From the NCBI GenBank assembly GCA_036785375.1, contig JAWMAR010000471.1, forward strand, positions 124,001-188,000: a stretch of DNA of 64,000 bases. Direction: 5' to 3'. Under the pieces are notes generated by a model. That model was not told where the DNA came from. It saw nothing but the letters and a program-made list of their open reading frames with translations, and did not search any database. Origin of the DNA: Leucoraja ocellata. Taxonomy: Eukaryota. Shown piece after piece: positions 50,282 to 62,603 of this stretch (the stretch's first letter is position 1; each line of letters opens with the position of its first letter). Made by a program: the position numbers and the translations under genes.

Positions 50282-51140
50282 ATGCTGGCCTTGACAATGT
50301 ATTGGCTTCTTACAGCTGCAGCTCTCTTAACCGGTAAGTTCACCACGTTTCCAATAATGTAGGGCACGATATTTAATCAACCAAGTGCCTTCAATGCAAC
50401 ACAACGACTTTAGAAAGGGAGTCCGTATGAGGACAGTAAACGCAGAGCACATTGGGGAAAAAAGATGCAATTTCACAGTAATTGATGTTCGGAAATTTAA
50501 GGTGAGTTTACGGGTTAATTGTGGCGAAGCAGCGCCGACGGAGAAGCATCGTAGAGTTAGAACACACCGGTGGGTCACGCACGAGTGATCTACGATTCCA
50601 TTTTCCCACTCCTGAAGCAATAACGACGTCCAGTCCGATGGAACCGGTTGGATTATCTTTAAAGATAAATTCATTCGGTAATTCCCAGCGCCTTTCCGCC
50701 CATCTTTATTTAGCTTTTGGGGGAGGGGTATGTTTGATGTCATTGTACCTCATGTCAGTATCAGCATGAGGGGTATTCTGACGTATGAGCTGAATTAGGT
50801 GAAGTTGTGTTATTTATCACCGGTCTCTTGCAGGGAATTGTCGAGGCGACGCCGTTTCTCAGTCACCGGCAGCGGTTACAGTGAGTGAAGGGGATGATAC
50901 AAAATTGAGCTGCACCTATACAGCTCCAAGCGCGACCTCTGCTGGACTAATCTGGTACCGTCAGTATCCCGGCGGATCCCTTGAGTTTCTGCTGCTCAGA
51001 ACGACATACAAAGGCGGCGAGAAGAACAATGCCGGGGACCGTTTTTCTGCTGAGCTCAACCATTCGAAAGGAACGGTCCCGCTGACGGTGTCACAAACGC
51101 GGCTCCGAGACTCGGCGACGTATTACTGCGCTCTGAACCC
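50282..51140 (+). CDS. TRAV: V27: TCR alpha/delta V, family C, intact (recent tandem twin of V26, offset 1672)
   Basis: Leader 50282-50333; V exon 50834-51140; RSS 51141-51179. One amino-acid difference from V26 in the V exon. Confidence 0.92.
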
Positions 51141-52083
51141 CACGGTGGCTCAGAATTGGGCTGAGCCTGTACAAAAACTATCAGAGATCCCCGTCAGTTT
51201 GCAGCGCGTTTGTCAGCATCGGCGCTCCCTCGCTGAATGCTGCACCCGTCCCAACGCCAGTGTGTTTGCTGTCATTAATACACGATTTTTAAATATTTAA
51301 AAAACCCCATTATAATTGGGTTGAAGAATAGCTTCTAACAAACAAATATGAAGCTTTTGAGCCCTACACCGCAGTAAAAGATGAACTATGGAATGTATTC
51401 GGTTGCATTAAGCACTTCATGCATCTTATGCACATGGACCTGGTTGTTAATTTATTGAATTTTGTTTATTACAAGGACTTTGGGACTTTTGCCTTCCATC
51501 ACAGTGAGGAGGTGTCTGTTGGACTCACTGTGGTGGATGTTAAAACTGTGTTGAGTGTGTGTTTTGTTATTTTATTCTATGTTATGACAGCTCGGTTAAA
51601 CCATTTCGTTGCACTGTAAATGTGCAATGACAATAAAGTTGAATCTAATTTATTCTAATCTAATTATATATTGTACTTCCGTCTTTGCCCCTCCTGTGAC
51701 GTAATTGGACCAGAAAACAAAGGAGGTGTGAGATGATTGGGCAACAAAAGTTGTGATGTGATTGGCGGAATTAAGAAACTGAGTGAATTCGGGGAGTTGG
51801 AGAACAAATTAGCTTCGCTCCGACGGGATGTGACGTTGTCAAGAATAAGCCAATGAATGAAGAACATTGACCATACCCCTTTCACAATATCAGATTAAAC
51901 CTGTTTCCGGGTGAGACAATTTATTCGGTAATTCCCAGCGCCTTTCGGCCCATCTTTATTTAGCTTTTAGAGGAGCGGTATGTTTGATGTCATTGTACCT
52001 CAGATCAGTATCAGGATGAGGGGTATTCTGAAGTATGAACTGAATTAGGTGATGTTGTGTTATTTATCCCCGGTCTCTTGCAG

Positions 52084-52390
52084 GGAATTGTCAAGGCGAC
52101 GCCGTTTCCCAGACACCGGCAGCGTTTACAGTGAGTGAAGGGGATGACGCACAGTTGAACTGCAGCTATACAGCTACAAGCTTGAACAATCCTGGTCTTA
52201 TCTGGTACCGTCAGTATCCCGGCGGCCCTCTTGAGTTTCTGCTGCTCAGAATGAAATACGAAGTCGCCCCGAAGAACAATGCCGGTGAACGCTTCTCTGC
52301 GGAGCTCGACCATTTGACAGGAACGTTCCCGCTGACGGTGTCACAAACGCGGCTCCGAGACTCGGCGATGTATTACTGCGCTCTGAGCCC
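52084..52390 (+). pseudogene. TRAV: V28: leaderless family C V (open exon, intact RSS)
   Basis: Deletion junction gtgagac|aatttattcgg at ~51917 removes the leader exon and most of the intron. RSS CACGGAG at 52391-52429. Confidence 0.88.
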
Positions 52391-52829
52391 CACGGAGGCG
52401 CAGAATTGGGCTGAGCCCGTACAAAAACTCCAAGCTCACCCAGTCATGTATCAGCGCGTGGAACTGTGTCAGCGTCGGCCCTTCCTCGCTGAATGCAGAA
52501 TGTTTAGTGTTTTCTGCGTCATTCGTAACTGTCACAGTATGTCATGTTGTTACTTGTGGGCGGAGCACCAAGGCAAATTCCTTGTATGTGAATACTTGGC
52601 CAATAAAATTACTTACTTACAAAAGCAGTGATGTGATTGGCGGAATTAAGAAACTGAGTGAATTCGGGGAGTTGGAGAACAAATTAGCTCTGCGCCGACG
52701 GGATGTGACGCTGTCAAGAATAAGCCAATGATTGAAGAGCCTAGAGCACACCCCTTTCACAATATCAGATTAAACCTGTTTCCGGGTGAGACCATTTCAG
52801 TTCATATTCACTCTCAATGCAATTACAAC

Positions 52830-53686
52830 GTGCTGGCCTTGACAATGTATTGGCTTCTTACAGCTGCAGCTCTCTTAACCGGTAAGTTCACCACATTTCC
52901 AATAATGTAGGGCACCATATTTATTCAACCAAATACCTTGAATGCAACACAACGACTTTAGAAAGGGAGTCCGTATGTGGACAGTAAACGCAGAGCACAT
53001 TAGGAAAAAAGATGCAGTTTCCCAGTAATTGATGTTCGGAAATTTGAGGTGAGTTTCCAGGTTAATTGTTGGAAGGCAGCGCCGACGGAGAAGCATCGTA
53101 GAGTTAGAACACACCGGTCGTTCACGCACGAGTGATCTACGATTCCCCTTTTCCTCCCAGGATGCAAAAACGACGTCCAGTCCGATGGAACGTGTTGGAT
53201 TATCATTAAAGATAAATTTATTCGGTAATTCCCAGCGCCTTTACGCCCATCTTTATTTAGCTTTTAGCGGTGGGTTGTGTTTGATGTGATTGTACCTCAC
53301 ATCAGTACCAGGACGAGGGCTATTCTGAAGTATGAGCTGAATTAGGTGATGTTGTGTTATTTATCCCCGCTCTCTTGCAGGGAATTGTCGAGGCGACGCC
53401 GTTTCTCAGACACCGGCAGCGGTTACAGTGAGTGAAGGTGATGACGCACAGTTGAACTGCAACTATACAGCTACAAGCACGAACTCTCCTGGACTAATCT
53501 GGTACCGTCAGTATCCCGGCAGCTCCCTTGAGTTTCTGCTGCTCAGAACGACATACAAAGGCGGCGAGAAGAACAATGCCGGGGACCGTTTTTCTGCTGA
53601 GCTCAACCATTCGACAGGACGGTCCCGCTGAAGGTGTCACAAACGCGGCTCCGAGACTCGGCGACGTATTACTGCGCTCTGAACCC
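52830..53686 (+). pseudogene. TRAV: V29: family C pseudogene (first ATG>GTG; 1-nt deletion in FR3)
   Basis: Leader 52830-52881; exon 53381-53686. acagga(a)cggtcc frameshift at ~53619. RSS 53687-53725. Confidence 0.88.
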
Positions 53687-54445
53687 CACGGTGGCTCAGA
53701 ATTGGGCTGAGCCTCTACAAAAACTATCAGAGATGCCCGTCAGTTTGCAGCGCGTTTGTCAGCATCGGCGCGCCTTGTTGATTGCTGCACCCGTCCCAAA
53801 GCCAGTGTGTTTTCTGTCATTAATACACGATTTTTAACAAACAAATATTAGGTTCTTGAACACTACACAGCACTAAAAGATGAACTATGAAATGTCTTCG
53901 GTTGGATTAAGCACTTCATGCATCTTATGCACATGGACCTGGTTGTTAATTTATTACATTTTGTTTATTACAAGGACTTTGGAACTTTTGCCTTCCATCA
54001 CAGTGAGGAGGTGCCTGGTGGACTCATTGTGGTGGATGTTAAAACTGTGTTGAGTGTGTGTTTTCATTCTATGTTATGACAGCTCGGTTAAACCATTTCG
54101 TTGTACTGTAAATGTGCAATGACAACAAGGTTGAATCTAAACTAATCTAATCTAATGATATATTGTACTTCCGGCCTTACCCCTCCTGTGACGCCATGGA
54201 ACAGAAAAGAAAGGAGGTGTGAGATGATTGGGCAACAAAAGCAGTGATGTGATTGGCGGAATTAAGAAACTGAGTGAATTCGGGAAGTTGGGGAACAAAT
54301 TAGCTCTGCGCCGACCGGATGTGACGCTGTCAAGAATAAGCCAATGAATGAAGAACATCGACCACACCCCTTTCACAATATCAGATTAAACGTGTATCCG
54401 GGTGAGACCATTTCAGTTCATATTCACTCTCAATGCAATTACAAC

Positions 54446-55302
54446 ATGCTGGCCTTGACAATGTATTGGCTTCTTACAGCTGCAGCTCTCTTAACCGGTA
54501 AGTTCACCACGTTTCCAATAATGTAGGGCAAGATATTTATTCAACCACATATCTTGAATTGAACACAACGACTTTAGAAAGGGAATCCGTATGACGGCAG
54601 TAAACGCAGAGCACATTAGGAAAAAAGATGCAGTTTCACAGTAATTGATGTTCGGAAATTTGAGGTGAGTTTCCAGGTTAATTGTTGGAAAGCAGCCCCG
54701 CCGGAGGAGCATCGTATAGTTAGAGCACACCGGTGGTTCACGCACGAGTGATCTACGATTCCCTTTTCCTCTCCGGAAGCAATAACGACGTCCAGTCCGA
54801 TGCAACGGGTTGGATTATCTTTAAAGATAAAAAGTTTCGGTAATTCCCAGCGCCTTTCCGCCCATGTTTATTTAGCATTTGGAGGAGGGGTATGTTTGAT
54901 GTAATTGTACCTCATATCAGGATCAGGATAAGGGATATTCTGAAGTATGAGCTGAATTAGGTGATGTTGTGTTATTTATCCCCGGACTCTTGCAGGGAAT
55001 TGTCGAGGCGACGCCGTTTCTCAGTCACCGGCAGCGGTTACAGTGAGTGAAGGGGATGAAACAAAATTGAGCTGCAACTATACAGCTACAAGCTCGACCA
55101 ATCCTGGTCTTATCTGGTACCGTCAGTATCCCGGCGGATCCCTTGAGTTTCTGCTGCTCAGAATGAAATACGAAGCCGCCCCGAAGAACAATGCCGGGGA
55201 ACGTTTCTCTGCTGAGCTCAACCACTCGACAAGAACGGTCCCGCTGACGGTGTCACAAACGCGGCTCCGAGACTCGGCGATGTATTACTGCGCTCTAAAC
55301 CC
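54446..55302 (+). CDS. TRAV: V30: TCR alpha/delta V, family C, intact
   Basis: Leader 54446-54497; V exon 54996-55302. RSS CACGGTG at 55303-55341. Confidence 0.92.
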
Positions 55303-55767
55303 CACGGTGGCGCAGAATTGGGCTGAGCCTGCACAAAAACTACCAGTGCACCCACTCACGTATCACCGCGTAAGCACAACTTTCTCAGCATCGGCGCGTC
55401 TTCGTTGATTGCTGCTCCCGTTCCAACGCCAGTGTGTTTGCTGTCATTAATACACGATGTTTAAATATTAAAACCCCCATGATAATTGGGTTGAAGAATA
55501 GCTTCTAAGAAACACATATTATGTTCTTGAACCCTACACAACACTAAAAGATGAACTATGGAATGTCTTCGGTTGCATTAAGTACTTCATGCATTTTATG
55601 CACATGGACCTAGTTGTTAATTTATTGAATTTTGTTTATTACAAGGACTTTGGGACTTTTGCCTTCCATCACAGCGAGGAGGTGCCTGGTGGACTCACTG
55701 TGGTGGATGTTAAACTGTGTTGAGTGTGTGTTTTGTTATTTTATTCTATGTTATGACAGCTCGGTTA

Positions 55768-56900
55768 GAAACATAGAAACATAGAAATTAGGTGCAGGAG
55801 TAGGCCATTCGGCCCTTCGAGCCATCACCGCCATTCAATATGATCATGGCTGATCATCCAACTCAATATCCCGTACCTGCCTTCTCTCCATACCCCCTGA
55901 TCCCCTTTGCAACAAGGGCCACATCGAACTCTTAAATATAGCCAATGAACTGGCCTCAACTACCCTCTGTGGCAGAGAGTTCCAGAGATTCACCACTCTC
56001 TGTGTGAAAAAAGTTCTTCTCAACTCGGTTTTAAAGGATTTCCCCCTTATCCTTAAGCTGTGACCCCTTGTCCTCGACTTCCCTAACATCGGGAACAATC
56101 TTCCTGCATCTAGCATGTCAAACCCCTTAAGAAATCTGTAAGTTTCTATAAGATCCCCTCTAAATCTCCTAAATTCTAGAGAGTATAAACCAAGACTATA
56201 CAGTCTTTCTTCATAAGACAGTCCTGATATCCCAGGAATCAGTCTGGTGAACCGTCTCTGCACTCCCTCTATGGCAATAATGTCCTTCCTCAGATTTGGA
56301 GACCAAAACTGTACGCAATACTCCAGGTGTGGTCTCACCAAGACCCTGTATAACTGCAATAGAACCTCCCTGCTCCTATACTCAAATCCTTTTGCAATGA
56401 AAGCTAACATACCATTCGCTTTCTTTACTGCCTGCTGCACCTGCATGCCTACCTTAAATGACTGGTGTACCATGACACCCAGGTCTCGCTGCATCTCGCC
56501 CTTTCCCAATCGGCCACCATTTAGATAATAGTCTGCTTTCCCGTTTTTGCCACCAAAATGGATAACCTCACATTTATCCACATTGTACTGCATCTGCCAA
56601 ACATTTGCCCACTCACCCAGCCTATCCAAGTCACCTTGCAGTCTCCTAGCATCCTCCTCACAGCTAACACTGCCCCCCAACTTAGTGTCATCCGCAAACT
56701 TGGAGATATTACCTTCAATTCCCTCATCCAGATCATTAATATATATTGTAAATAGCTGGGGTCCCAGCACTGAGCCTTGCGGTACCCCACTAGTCACTGC
56801 CTGCCATTGTGACAAGGACCCGTTTACCCCTACTCTTTGCTTCCTGTTTGCCAGTCAGTTCTCTATCCACATCAATACTGAACCCCCAATGCCTTGTGCT
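55768..56900 (-). mobile_element. Young 5'-truncated CR1 LINE (RT C-terminal half)
   Basis: 323-aa ORF SGVPQGSVLGP...SKFADDTKL...LVRPHLEYCVQFW. Inserted at cggtta|aacc of the unit with a tta duplication. Confidence 0.95.
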
Positions 56901-57251
56901 TTAAACCATTTCGTTGTACTGTAAATGTACAGTGACCATAAAGTTGAATCTAATCTAATCTAATCTAATTATATATTGTACTTCCGGCCTTGCCCCTCCT
57001 GTGACGTAATTGGACCAGAAAACAAAGGAGGTGTGAGACGATTGGGAACCAAAGCAGTGATGTGATTGGCGGAATATAAGAAACTTCAGGGAGTTGGAGA
57101 ACAAATTAGCTCCGCGCCGACGGGATGTGGCGCTGTCAAGAATAAGCCAATGAATGAAGAACCTAGACCACAGCTCATTTACAATAACAGATTAAACCTG
57201 TTTCCGGGTGAGACCATTTCAGTTCATATTCACTCTCAATGCAATTACAAC

Positions 57252-58096
57252 ATGATGGCCTTGACAATGTATTGGCTTCTTACAGCTGTAGCTCTCTTAA
57301 CCGGTAAATTCACCACGTTTCCAATAATGTAGGGCACGATATTTAATAAACGAAGTACCTTGAATGCAACACAATGACTTTAGAAAGGGAGTCCGTATGT
57401 GGACAGTAAACGCAGAGCACCTTAGGAAAAATGATGCAGTTTCACAGTAATTGATGTTCGGAAATTTGAGGTGAGTTTCCAGGTTAATTGTTGGAAGGCA
57501 GCGCCGACGGAGAAGCATCGTAGAGTTAGTTCACGCACGAGTGATCTACGATTCCCTTTTCCCACCCCGGAAGCAATAACGACGTCCAGTCCGATGGAAC
57601 CGGTTGGATTATCTTTAAAGATAAATTTATTCGGTAATTCCCAGCGCCTTTCCGCCCATCTTTATTTAGCTTTTGGGGGAGGGGTATGTTTGATGTCATT
57701 GTACCTCATGTCAGTATCAGCATGAGGGTTACTCTGAAGTATGAGCTGAATTAGGTGAAGTTGTGTTATTTATCCCCGGTCTCTTGCAGGGAATTGTCGA
57801 GGCGACGCCCTTTCTCAGACAGCGGCAGCGGTTACAGTGAGTGAAGTGGATGAGACAAAATTGAGCTGCAACTATACAGGTACAAGCACGACCTCTGCTG
57901 GACTAATCTGGTACCGTCAGTATCCCGGCGGATCCCTTGAGTTTCTGCTGCTCAGAACGACATACAAAGGCGGCGAGAAGAACAATGCCGGGGACCGTTT
58001 TTCTGCTGAGCTCAACCATTCGACAGGAACGGTCCCGCTGACGGTGTCACAAACGCGGCTCCTAGACTCGGCGATGTATTACTGCGCTCTGAACCC
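57252..58096 (+). pseudogene. TRAV: V31: family C V, open ORF, heptamer CTCGGTG (invariant CAC lost)
   Basis: Leader 57252-57303; exon 57790-58096; RSS 58097-58135. Confidence 0.82.
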
Positions 58097-58409
58097 CTCG
58101 GTGGTGCAGAATTGGGCTGAACCTGTACAAAAACTATCAGAGATCCCCGTCAGTTTTCAGCGCGTTTTTCAGCATCGGCGCGTCCTCGTTGAATGCTGCA
58201 CCCGTCCCAACGCCAGTGTGTTTGCTGTCATTAATAGACGATTTTTAAATATTAAAAAAAACATGACAATTGGGTTGAAGAATAGCTTCTAACAAACATA
58301 CATTAGGTTCTTGAACACACCACAGCACCAACAGATGAACTATGCACTGTCTCTGGTTGCATTAAGCAGTTCATACTCCTATGCACATGGGCTAGGTTGT
58401 TAATTTATA

Positions 58410-58838
58410 ACCGTATAACAATTACAGCATGGAAACCGGCCATCACGGTCCTTCTAGTCCGAGCCGAACATTTATTCTCACCTCGTCTCATCTGCCTGCA
58501 CTCAGTCCATAACCCTCCATTCCTTTCCTGTCTATATACCTATCCAATGTATTTTTAAATGATACAATCAAACCTGCCTCCACTACTTCCACTGGAAGCT
58601 CATTCCACACAGCCACCACTCTCTGAGTAAAGAAGTTCCCCCTCATGTTACCCCTAAACATCTGCCCATTAATTCTCAAATAATGTCCTCGTGTTTGAAT
58701 ATTCCCTACTCACAGTGGAAAACGCTTATCCACGTCAACTCTGTCTATCCCTCTCATCATTTAAAAAATAATTTAGGAGGTACCTCTATCAAGTACCTCC
58801 TTAACCTTCAGCGCTCCAAAGAATAAAGACCTAACTTA
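58410..58838 (-). mobile_element. CR1-clade LINE 3' fragment (different subfamily)
   Basis: ORF 58488-58679 FRGNMRGNFFTQRVVAVWNELP. Confidence 0.8.
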
Positions 58839-58844
58839 GGACCA

Positions 58845-59451
58845 TGGAAACATAGAAAATAGGTGCAGGATGATGCCATTCGGCCCTTCGAGCCTGCACC
58901 GCCATTCAATATGATCATGGCTGATCATCCAACTCAGTATCCTGTACCTGCCTTCTCTCCATACCCCTTGATGCCTTTAGCCACAAGGGCCACATCTAAC
59001 TCCCTCTTAAACATAGCCAATGAACTGGCCTCAACTAACGTATGTGGCAGAGAATTCCAGAGATTCACCACTCTCTGTGTGAAAAATGTTTTTCTCATCT
59101 CGATCCTAAAATATTTCCTTCTTATCCTTGAACTGTGACCCCTTGTTCTGGACTTCCCCAACACCGGGAACAACCTTCCTGCATCTAGCCTGCCCAACCC
59201 CTTAAGAATTTTGTAACTTTCTATAAGATCCCCCCTGAATCTTCTAAATTCTAGCGAGTACAAGCCGAGTCTATCCAGTCTTTCTTCATATGATAGTCCT
59301 GACATCCCATGAATCAGTCTGGTGAACCTTCTCTGTACTCCCTCTATGGCAAGAACGTCTTTCCTCAGATTAACAGATCAAAACTCAAGTGTGGTCACAC
59401 CAAGACCCTGGACAACTGCAGTAGTACCTGTCTGCTCCTATACTCAAATCC
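58845..59451 (-). mobile_element. CR1 LINE 3' fragment
   Basis: ORF 58934-59305 SGLSYEERLDRLGLYSLEFRR... Confidence 0.9.
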
Positions 59452-59840
59452 CGGCCCAACGCCAGTGTGTTTGCTGTCATTAAGACTCGAATTTTTAATT
59501 TAAAAAAACCATGACAATTGGGTTGAAGAATAATTTATTGAATTGTGTTTATTGTACATTGTACTTCAGGCCTTGCCCCTCCTGTGACGTAATGGAGCAG
59601 AAAACAAAGGAGGTTTGAGATGATTGGGCAACAAAAGCAGTGATGTGATTGGCGGAATTGTAAACTGAGTTAATTCGGGGAGTTGGAGAACATATTAACT
59701 CTGCGCTGAGGGGATGTGACGCTGTCAAGAATAAGCCAATGAATGAAGAGCCTAGACCACACCCCTTTCACAATATGAGATTAAACGTGTTTCCGGGTGA
59801 GACCATTTCAGTTCATATTCACTCTCAATGCAATTACAAC

Positions 59841-60699
59841 ATGCTGCCCTTGACAATGTATTGGCTTATTACAGCTGCAGCTATCTTAACCGGTAAGTTC
59901 TCCACGTTTCCAATAATGTAATGCGTGATATTTAATCAACCGAATACCTTGAATGCAACACAACGACTTTAGAAAGGGAGTCCGTATGAGGACAGTAAAC
60001 ACAGAGCACATTATGAAAAAAAGGTGCAGTTTCACAGTAATTGATGTTCGGAAATTCGAGGTGAGTTTCCAGGTTAATTGTTGGAAAGCAGCCGCGATGG
60101 TGAAGCATCGTAGAGTTAGAACACACCGGCGGTTCACGCACGAGTGATCTACGATTTCCCCCTGCCTCCCCGAAAGCAATAACGACGTCAAGTCCGATGA
60201 AACGGGTTGGATTATCATTAAAGATAAATGTGTTCTGTAATTCCCAGTGCCTTTCCGCCCATCTTCATTTAGCTTTTGGAGGAGGGGTATGTTTGATGTC
60301 ATTTTATCTCATATCAGTATCAGGATGAGGGGTATTCCGAAGTATGAGCTGAATTAGATGATGTTGTGTTATTTTCCTCCGGACTCTTGCAGGGAATTGT
60401 CGAGGCGACGCCGTTTCTCAGACACCGGCAGCGGTTACAGTGAGTGAAGGGGAGGATACAAAATTGAGCTGCAACTATACAGTTACAAGCACGGGCAGCT
60501 CTGGACTAATCTGGTACCGTCAGTATCCCGGCGGATCCCTTGAGTTTCTGCTGCTCAGAACGACATACAAAGGCGGCGAGAAGAACAATGCCGAGGACCG
60601 TTTTTCTGCTGAGCTCAACCATTCGACAGGAACGGTTCCGCTGACGTTGTCACAAACGCGGCTCCGAGACTCGGCGATGTATTACTGCGCTCTAAACCC
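59841..60699 (+). CDS. TRAV: V32: TCR alpha/delta V, family C, intact
   Basis: Leader 59841-59892; V exon 60393-60699. RSS CACGGTG at 60700-60738. Confidence 0.92.
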
Positions 60700-61373
60700 C
60701 ACGGTGGCGCAGAATTGAGCTGAGTCTGTACAAAAACTATCAGAGACCCCGGCAGTTTTCCACGCGTTTGTCCGCATCGGCGCGCCCTTGTTGATTGCTG
60801 CACCCGTCCCAAAGCCAGTGTGTTTGCTGTCATTAATACACGATATTTAAATATTAAAAACCCCCATGATAATTGGGTTGAAGAATAGCTTCTAACAAAC
60901 AAATATTAGGTTTTTGATCCCTGCACCGCACTAAAAGATGAAATATGAAATGTCTTCGGTTGCATTAAGCACTTCATGCATCTTATGCCCATGGACCTGG
61001 TTGTTAAATTATTGAATTGTGTTTATCACAGTGAGGAGGTGCCTTCCATCACAGTGAGGAGGTGTCTGTTGGACTCACTGTGGTGGATGTTAAAACTGTG
61101 TTGAGTGTGTGTTTTGTTATTTTATTCTATGTTATGACAGCTCGGTTAAACCATTTCGTTGTACTGTAAATATGCAATGACAATAAAATTGAATCTAATC
61201 TAATCTAATCTAATTATATATTGTACTTCCGGCCTTGCCCCACCTGTGACGTAATTGGACCAGAAAACAAAGGAGGTGTGAGATGATTGGGAACAAAAAG
61301 CAGTGATGTGATTGGCGGAATTAAGAAACTTCGGGGAGCTGGGTTTCATATTCACTCTCAATGCAATTACAAC

Positions 61374-62231
61374 ATGCTGGCCAAGACAATGTATTGGCTT
61401 CTTACAGCTGCAGCTCTCTTAACCGGTAAGCTCACCCCGTTTCCAATAATGTAGAGCATGATATTTATTCAAGCAAATACCTTGTATGCAACACAACTAC
61501 TTTAGAAAGGGAGTCCGTATGTGGATAGTAAACGCAGAGCACATTGGGAAAAAAGATGCAGTTTCACAGTAATTGACGTTCGGAAATTTAAGGTGAGTTT
61601 CCAGGTTAATTGTTGGAAAGCAGCCGCGATGGTGAAGCATCGGAGAGTTAGAACACACCGGTGGTTCACATGCGGGTGATCTACGATTTCCCCCTTCGTC
61701 CCCGGAAGCAATAACGACGTCCAGTCCGATGGAACGGGTTGGATTATCTTTAAAGATAAATTTATTCGGTAATTCCCAGCGCCTTTCCGCCCATCTTTGT
61801 TTAGCTTTTAGGGGAGGGGTATGTTTGATGTCATTGTACCTCATATCAGTATCAGGATGAGGGATATTCTGAAATATGAGCTGAATTAGGTGATGTTGTG
61901 TTATTTATCCCCGGATTCTTTCAGGGAATTGTCGAGGCGACGCCGTTTCTCAGACAACGGCAGCGGTTACAGTGAGTGAAGGGGTTGATACAAAATTGAG
62001 CTGCAACTATACAGCTACAAGCTCGACCAATCCTGGTCTTATCTGGTACCGTCAGTATCCCGGCGGATCCCTTGTATTTCTGCTGCTCAGAACGAAATAC
62101 GAAGTCGCCCCGAAGAACAATGCCGGTGAACGCTTCTCTGCGGAGCTCGACCATTTGACAGGAACTTTCCCGCTGACGGTGTCACAAACGCGGCTCCGAG
62201 ACTCGGCGATGTATTACTGCGCTCTGAGCCC
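61374..62231 (+). CDS. TRAV: V33: TCR alpha/delta V, family C, open; proximal promoter partly deleted
   Basis: Leader 61374-61425; V exon 61925-62231; RSS CACGGAG at 62232-62270. Junction ggagctgg|gtttcatattc at ~61343. Confidence 0.85.
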
Positions 62232-62603
62232 CACGGAGGCGCAGAATTGGGCTGAGCCCGTACAAAAACTCAAAGCGTACCCACTCACGTTTCAGCGCGT
62301 GGAACTAATCTAATTATATATTGTACTTCCGGCCTTGCCCCTCCTGTGACGCCCTGGAACAGAAAAGAAAGGAGGTGTGAGATGATTGGGCAACAAAAGC
62401 AGTGATGTGATTGGCGGAATTAAGAAACTGAGTGAATTCGGGGAGTTGGAGAACAAATTAGCTCCGCGCAGACAGGATGTGACGCTGTCTCGAATAAGCC
62501 AATGAATGAAGAACCTAGACCACAGCTCTCTCACAATATCAGTTTAAACCTGTTTCCGGCTGAGACCATTTCAGTTCATATTCACTCTCAATGCAATTAC
62601 AAC

